A stretch of 64,000 nucleotides of DNA from Candidatus Terrybacteria bacterium RIFCSPHIGHO2_01_FULL_48_17 (GTDB taxonomy: Bacteria; Patescibacteriota; Minisyncoccia; Terrybacterales; 2-01-FULL-58-14): contig MHSS01000013.1 of the NCBI GenBank assembly GCA_001822835.1, positions 10,321 through 74,320 on the forward strand, in the 5' to 3' direction. Numbering within the stretch: the stretch's first letter is position 1; each line of letters starts with the position of its first letter. The notes under the pieces are model-generated. The model saw nothing but the letters and a program-made list of their open reading frames with translations. It made no database searches and was not told where the DNA came from. This document shows, one piece after another, positions 59,086 to 64,000 of this stretch. A program made the translations under genes and the position numbers.

Positions 59086-60157
59086 TTTACACACTATGCG
59101 TATCCTTATTCCATTTACGGGGGTCTCCCACACGGAGCTTTTGCTTTCCACAAAGCATCTTGCCATGATGCTTAAAGCTGGCGTTCCTTTATTTGAAGCG
59201 CTGGAGGCGTTGGCTGAGGCATCGCGCGGAAAACTTGCAAAAGTATTTGCAGCGGTTCAAAAAAAGGTGGAACAAGGCGAGCAGCTATCGCGCGCGTTGG
59301 CTGTGTACCCGGATATTTTCCCTTCGTTTTACGTGAAGCTGGTGGCTATTGGAGAGTCGTCCGGGACGCTTTCCCAGAACCTTCAAGAAATTGTGACCTA
59401 CTTGGCACGCGAGCAAGAGCTTCGGTCACGTATACGGGGGGCCATGATGTATCCTGTTTTGGTATTGGTTGTGTTTGTTTTGGTTTTTATGGCGGTTGCG
59501 ATGTTTGTTTTGCCGAATTTGACACGGGTTTTTCGTGTGTTGCATGGCGACATCCCATTTATGACCCAAGTCGTTATTGCGATTGCGGATTTTTTCAAGG
59601 CATATGGGAGCATTGCGGTTCCAGCGTTTGGTTTTGCGATGTTGGCATTCTGGGTGTTGTTAATGCAGCCCTTTATCCATCCCGTAACACATCGGATGTT
59701 CCTTTCTATTCCGCTTATTGGCAATATTGCGCGCCAAGTAAGCATTGCTCGCTTTTCCCGGAATCTTTCGTTGTTGTTATCAGCGGGCATTTCTTTACAC
59801 GAAGCTCTTACTATCGCATCCAATGCTGCGACAAACGTGGTGTATCAAAACGCCATAAAAAAAGTTGCTGTTCCTGTAATGCAGGGAGAAGGATTGGCTG
59901 CAGGTCTTCTGGCACACCCCTCGCTCTTTCCCGGATTTTTCGTGCGCATTGTTTCGGTTGGGGAGCGTTCGGGCAAATTGGACGAGGCCTTAGCGTTTAT
60001 TGCGTCGTTTTACGACCAAGAAGTAGAAGCAACTACCCAAAACTTAACTACGTTGCTTGAGCCGCTTTTATTGGTGGTGGTCGCAATTTTTGTTGGGGGA
60101 TTTGCTCTTGCAGTTATTACTCCCATTTATGAAATCACCGGTCAGCTTCGGCGCTAA
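59078..60157 (+). CDS. pilC: Type IV pilus inner-membrane platform protein PilC (GspF family)
   Basis: Two GspF repeats. About 360 aa. Overlaps the pilB stop. Confidence 0.88.
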   Translation: MPNLHTMRILIPFTGVSHTELLLSTKHLAMMLKAGVPLFEALEALAEASRGKLAKVFAAVQKKVEQGEQLSRALAVYPDIFPSFYVKLVAIGESSGTLSQNLQEIVTYLAREQELRSRIRGAMMYPVLVLVVFVLVFMAVAMFVLPNLTRVFRVLHGDIPFMTQVVIAIADFFKAYGSIAVPAFGFAMLAFWVLLMQPFIHPVTHRMFLSIPLIGNIARQVSIARFSRNLSLLLSAGISLHEALTIASNAATNVVYQNAIKKVAVPVMQGEGLAAGLLAHPSLFPGFFVRIVSVGERSGKLDEALAFIASFYDQEVEATTQNLTTLLEPLLLVVVAIFVGGFALAVITPIYEITGQLRR

Positions 60158-60593
60158 GCAGGGCTTTACGTTCATTGAAGTCCTTCTCGTAAGTTTTATT
60201 CTGGTTATGCTGGTAGGGGTTGCTGCTCCCTTCTTCCGGGATTTTCTTGTAGGCAATGATCTTGAAACAGCAAGCATTGAGATGCTTGCCATGGTGCGGC
60301 GGGCGCGAACGCTTGCCGAAGCCGGAAGGCATAATCAACCTTTTGGCATAGCGGTTAATGCCGGAGGGCGGAGCGTAACGCTTTTTGCGGGATCAAGTTT
60401 CGCCAGCCGCGACCCCCAATTTGATGAGGCGATGACTTTTCCGGGAACCCTTACTGTTTCGGGTCTTTCCGAATTCACTTTTCTTTATCAAAGCGGCTTA
60501 CCCACACAAACGGGAATTATTACCTTTACTGCGCCGGCGCTTGGCGAGAGCCGCGCTATTTTTGTTAATGCACAAGGACTCTCTTCGTTTTAA
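60129..60593 (+). CDS. Prepilin-type pseudopilin (minor pilin)
   Basis: MKSPVSFGAKQG|FTFIEVLLVSFILVML is the class III leader with G-1/F+1/E+5. Start overlaps the pilC 3' end. Confidence 0.7.
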   Translation: MKSPVSFGAKQGFTFIEVLLVSFILVMLVGVAAPFFRDFLVGNDLETASIEMLAMVRRARTLAEAGRHNQPFGIAVNAGGRSVTLFAGSSFASRDPQFDEAMTFPGTLTVSGLSEFTFLYQSGLPTQTGIITFTAPALGESRAIFVNAQGLSSF

Positions 60594-62028
60594 AAAGAAT
60601 GGGCAGTCGGTCGTTGAGATTATTCTTGCGGTTGCGGTATTTTCAATTATCGCCAGCGGCGTTGTCGTGCTTGGGGTCGGAACCTTGCAGGGATATTTGC
60701 GCACTCAAGACGAATCCCGCGCGATTGAAATAGTGCAGGAGGGAATGGATGCTGTTCGATCAATCCGTGACCGTAATTGGAGTTCGTTATCCGTGGGTTC
60801 CCACGGATTATCCGATACGGGGGGGCTGTGGGTTTTTTCCGGTGTTTCAGAAATTGTCGGCAAATACACAAGAACCGTCACCGTAAATTCTGTATCGCGC
60901 AATACCCTGTGCGGCGATCCGGGCAGCGGCACCACTCAAGATCCCGACTCTCGGGGCATAGATGTTTCTGTGATATGGCAGGGACTCGACGGTAATCAGC
61001 GGACCATTTCGACAAACGGCGAACTTACAAGATGGCCAAGCCCAAAGTTTGCAACGTGCGGAGGCCGCGGCTGGAGAAATCCTTTTCAAGAAGTAAGTAT
61101 TGATATTTCAGGAACTCAAGACGGTCGAGCCATCCGGATCCAGGGCGACTATGCCTATATGGTACTTAGTGGAGGAGCACCCAATTTTTTTGTTATAGAT
61201 ACCGCAAACACACAAAACCCTTCTATCGTCGGCTCGTTAAACCTTTCTGGAAATCCCAGGAGTATTTGGGTGTCGGGGGATTATGCATACGTTGCCTCAT
61301 CTCATAACAACCAGGAGCTGCAGATTGTGGATATTACTGTTCCTTCTTCGCCAACACAGGTCGGAAGTTTTGATGCCACGGGTGCCACGGATGCCCTCGG
61401 TGTTTTTTCTGTCGGGACTAGTGCATATTTGGTGCGAGCTTCCAGCAATCAAAACGAATTTTTCGTTATTAATGTAAGTATCCCTTCAGCTCCTTCGTTA
61501 GTGGGTTCGCTTGATTTAGGCGCAAACGCGAATGATGTTACGGTTGTTGGCACCTATGCATTTATTGCCTCATCTCATAACAGCCAAGAATTGCAGGTAG
61601 TGAGTATAAGCGCGCCAACAACGCCCACGCTCGCCGGCTCCTTGAATCTTGCAGGGAATGCAGACGGATTAGCAATTGCATATTTTAGTAATAAGATTGT
61701 CTTAGGGCGAGCTTCCGGCGGTGGCCTTGTGGCGATTGATGTTACATTCCCCACAAGCCCCGGCCTTTTGGGATTGTTGGCAAATACCGCAAATATTGAT
61801 GGCGTATCCTTAGACGCGGCCAATAGCTTAGCGTTTTTGGCGACAGACGCAGGTACTAGCGAATTTCAAGTTATTGATATTTCAAACCCCGCAAGTCCTC
61901 AATTATTCGGGTCGCTTGACGCAAACGCCCGTTTATTTGGAGTGGCGTATCACTCAGGAAAAGATAGGGCATTTGCCGCGGGCATCTCCGATACCGAAGA
62001 GTTTATTGTTGCAGCACCCGAGCCATGA
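60568..62028 (+). CDS. Prepilin-type pilin with LVIVD-repeat beta-propeller domain (putative pilus-tip adhesin)
   Basis: Leader ...RFKKNG|QSVVEIILAVAVF (E+5). At least six repeats of the form GDYAYVASSHNNQELQIVDITVPSSPTQVGS (the LVIVD motif). Confidence 0.7.
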   Translation: MHKDSLRFKKNGQSVVEIILAVAVFSIIASGVVVLGVGTLQGYLRTQDESRAIEIVQEGMDAVRSIRDRNWSSLSVGSHGLSDTGGLWVFSGVSEIVGKYTRTVTVNSVSRNTLCGDPGSGTTQDPDSRGIDVSVIWQGLDGNQRTISTNGELTRWPSPKFATCGGRGWRNPFQEVSIDISGTQDGRAIRIQGDYAYMVLSGGAPNFFVIDTANTQNPSIVGSLNLSGNPRSIWVSGDYAYVASSHNNQELQIVDITVPSSPTQVGSFDATGATDALGVFSVGTSAYLVRASSNQNEFFVINVSIPSAPSLVGSLDLGANANDVTVVGTYAFIASSHNSQELQVVSISAPTTPTLAGSLNLAGNADGLAIAYFSNKIVLGRASGGGLVAIDVTFPTSPGLLGLLANTANIDGVSLDAANSLAFLATDAGTSEFQVIDISNPASPQLFGSLDANARLFGVAYHSGKDRAFAAGISDTEEFIVAAPEP

Positions 62029-62603
62029 CAACGAAGAAGTTTCTTCCAAACGGCTCCTTGGAGTCAAAGGGCGGCTTCACACTGATTGAGGCATTATTGT
62101 ATATCGCCTTGCTTGCTATGGTAATTACATCCGCCGTGGGGGTCACTTTTATGGTATTGGGGAATAGGGAAAAGGGTATTAGTGTGGCAGAAGCGCAAGA
62201 AAATGCCTCACTAGTGTATGCAAGAATTTCCCAAAACGTGCGAGCATCAGATTTCGTTGTGCGAAGCGGCGGAACTAGAACCTTATTTGATATCAATCCA
62301 GGAAGATTATCGCTTCAAATGCCAAGCGGACAAGTTACCATCGATACATATACAAAGGAAGTTCTGTTGGGAAACCGTACCTTTACCATTCGAAAATTGC
62401 GTTTTGACGACGGCTCCCAAGTTGTTGACCTTACTTCGGATTTGGTTGACGTGACACAGTTTGTTATCCGCGACCGCAGACAAGGTACGGAGCCCGATAC
62501 CATAAAAGTGGAATTTACGGTTCAGTATTTTAATCCCGACCAAATATCGCTTTATGATGCCCAGGTCCTAAGAATCTTTACCGTAAACAGAAGAAAGAAT
62601 TAA
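62025..62603 (+). CDS. Prepilin-type pseudopilin
   Basis: ...SKGG|FTLIEALLYIALLAMVI leader motif. 192 aa. Confidence 0.7.
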   Translation: MTTKKFLPNGSLESKGGFTLIEALLYIALLAMVITSAVGVTFMVLGNREKGISVAEAQENASLVYARISQNVRASDFVVRSGGTRTLFDINPGRLSLQMPSGQVTIDTYTKEVLLGNRTFTIRKLRFDDGSQVVDLTSDLVDVTQFVIRDRRQGTEPDTIKVEFTVQYFNPDQISLYDAQVLRIFTVNRRKN

Positions 62604-62604
62604 T

Positions 62605-62985
62605 ATGCAAAAGCAATTACGCGATTCTCACCAAGGAGCTGCGGCCTTAATAAGCGTTTTTATTATGGGCGCGGTGCTGATTTTAGTCGCGGTAACATTA
62701 TCTTTGGTTTCTGTAAGCGCCTTGGATACGACCACAGGATCGCGTGATGGCGCGCGTGCATTTGCTGCTGCAGAGGCCTGTTTGGACGAAGCATTGTTGC
62801 GTTTGATACGCGATGCCACGTTTCCCGGCGTTTCGCTTTCCGGCTGCAGCGTAACGGTTTCTGGAGCGGGGAATACCCGTACCCTTCGTGCAAGTGCTAA
62901 TGTTGCGCAATCGACAAGAACCATTGAGGCGGATTTTGATATCGGTATTCGAAGAATTACCCGATGGATTGAACCGACACTATGA
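62605..62985 (+). CDS. PilX-like pilus assembly/pseudopilin protein
   Basis: HQGAAALISVFIMGAVLILV hydrophobic N-terminus typical of the PilX N-domain. No G-F-xxx-E cleavage site. Confidence 0.45.
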   Translation: MQKQLRDSHQGAAALISVFIMGAVLILVAVTLSLVSVSALDTTTGSRDGARAFAAAEACLDEALLRLIRDATFPGVSLSGCSVTVSGAGNTRTLRASANVAQSTRTIEADFDIGIRRITRWIEPTL

Positions 62986-63986
62986 AACATATTGCCATTG
63001 GTATAGACATTAACGATTCCGCGCTTAACGTGGTTGTTTTGGCTGAAACACCAGAACAGCCGCTCATACAACTTAAGCGCCATATTGCATTACAAGAAGG
63101 TTTGGTTAAAAACGGGGCGGTGGTAAAAGAACAGGACCTTGCTGCGATCATCAGTAGGGAATTGGAGGCACTTTCCGATGCCAAGCAGGGAACTTCGTAT
63201 ACGATAGTGGGGGTTGCTGATAATGAAGTTTTTCCACATCTGGTGGATGTTCCCGCGCAAGGCAACGTGGTAAAATGGAAACAGGAAGCTTTTCGTAGGG
63301 CATTTTCTGCAGTTCCATTTGGCCCACAGGAGCTTACTGCAGATCTTGAAGATTTAGGTATCGAGAAAAAAGGGAAGCGCGCGTTATTATTTGTGGCAGC
63401 GCGAAAGCAAGTAATTGACGGACTTGACCGAGCGATACGCCATGCCGGGCTTGAGCCGCAGGTGTTTGAAATGGCTTCTGTTGCCCTTGCGCGGGCACTG
63501 GTTCCCGAAGCATTTCAAGATAAGAAAAATACCGTGTTGTTGAATATCGGGTTAGCATTTGCAAATATTGCGCTTTTTTGGGAAGGAAGTTTGCGTTTTG
63601 CCGAAAGCTTGCCTTTGCCAAAAAACGGCGAATTGAGCCAATCAACTCTTGCGATGCTTGCCGAGCATATTGAGCGCGCGATGCAGTTTTCTGGTGTACC
63701 GTTTGCGCAATTGGTTTTTACGGGCGATCTTGCTTTTGAGCCAGCGCTTCGTACGAGCTTGCAGAATAATTTTCCGAGAATTCCCCTTAGGGTGGGAGCT
63801 GATAACAAAGAAGACATGGCTATTGCAACTGCGAGGGGCCTTGCAATGCGTGGGCTTGAGGTCGACCCCACGAAGCGAGGCATGAATTTATTACCCACAA
63901 AACAAGAAGCGTCACCCCCGAGGGTATTGGCACCGATCGTATTTATATACCGCCGCGTGCTTGATATTCTCGGGAAAAACAAGTAA
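62982..63986 (+). CDS. pilM: Type IV pilus assembly protein PilM (actin-like ATPase fold)
   Basis: IAIGIDINDSALNVVVL N-terminus (actin-fold phosphate-1 region). About 330 aa. Position right after the pilin genes. Confidence 0.65.
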   Translation: MKHIAIGIDINDSALNVVVLAETPEQPLIQLKRHIALQEGLVKNGAVVKEQDLAAIISRELEALSDAKQGTSYTIVGVADNEVFPHLVDVPAQGNVVKWKQEAFRRAFSAVPFGPQELTADLEDLGIEKKGKRALLFVAARKQVIDGLDRAIRHAGLEPQVFEMASVALARALVPEAFQDKKNTVLLNIGLAFANIALFWEGSLRFAESLPLPKNGELSQSTLAMLAEHIERAMQFSGVPFAQLVFTGDLAFEPALRTSLQNNFPRIPLRVGADNKEDMAIATARGLAMRGLEVDPTKRGMNLLPTKQEASPPRVLAPIVFIYRRVLDILGKNK

Positions 63987-64000
63987 CATATTTTTTATGC

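Overview
This 64-kb window looks like a gene-dense chromosomal segment of a small-genome bacterium. Calling it Patescibacteria/CPR is inference from gene content: archaeal-type PGI/PMI, NiSOD, many large pilin-like proteins, weak Shine-Dalgarno usage and intron-containing tRNA.

Protein-coding content seen:
- Ribosomal protein genes rplQ, rplM, rpsI and rpsF-ssb-rpsR, with the 3' end of rpoA.
- Cell-wall and shape genes murA and mreB, two GT4 glycosyltransferases and a VanX-type dipeptidase.
- ychF, trpS, rnj, uvrC, uvrA, groES/groEL, lemA-htpX, dnaG-rpoD.
- A NiSOD pair (sodN plus its maturation peptidase sodX).
- A type IV pilus locus: pilB, pilC, four prepilin-like genes (one carrying LVIVD beta-propeller repeats) and pilM.

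RNA genes:
- tRNA-Leu(CAG) and tRNA-Ser(GGA).
- tRNA-Asn(GUU) split by a 242-nt group I intron in the anticodon loop, with an HNH endonuclease gene directly upstream.
- A 17-bp direct repeat of the tRNA-Asn 3' end lies about 1 kb downstream and brackets a NYN-domain gene, the footprint of an integrated element.

Non-coding features that stand out:
- A 1.8-kb ORF-poor, GC-rich stretch (31541-33340) with three CTCTCTG/CAGAGAG-stem hairpins, ending at a canonical CIRCE element and promoter upstream of groES.
- Three families of short dispersed intergenic repeats: an AAATCCCAATGTCAAA family, a CAAGATACAAG inverted-repeat family, and G-quadruplex-like GGGTACAGGG tracts.

Nothing was run against a database. 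All calls rest on motifs I can read in the translations and sequence.
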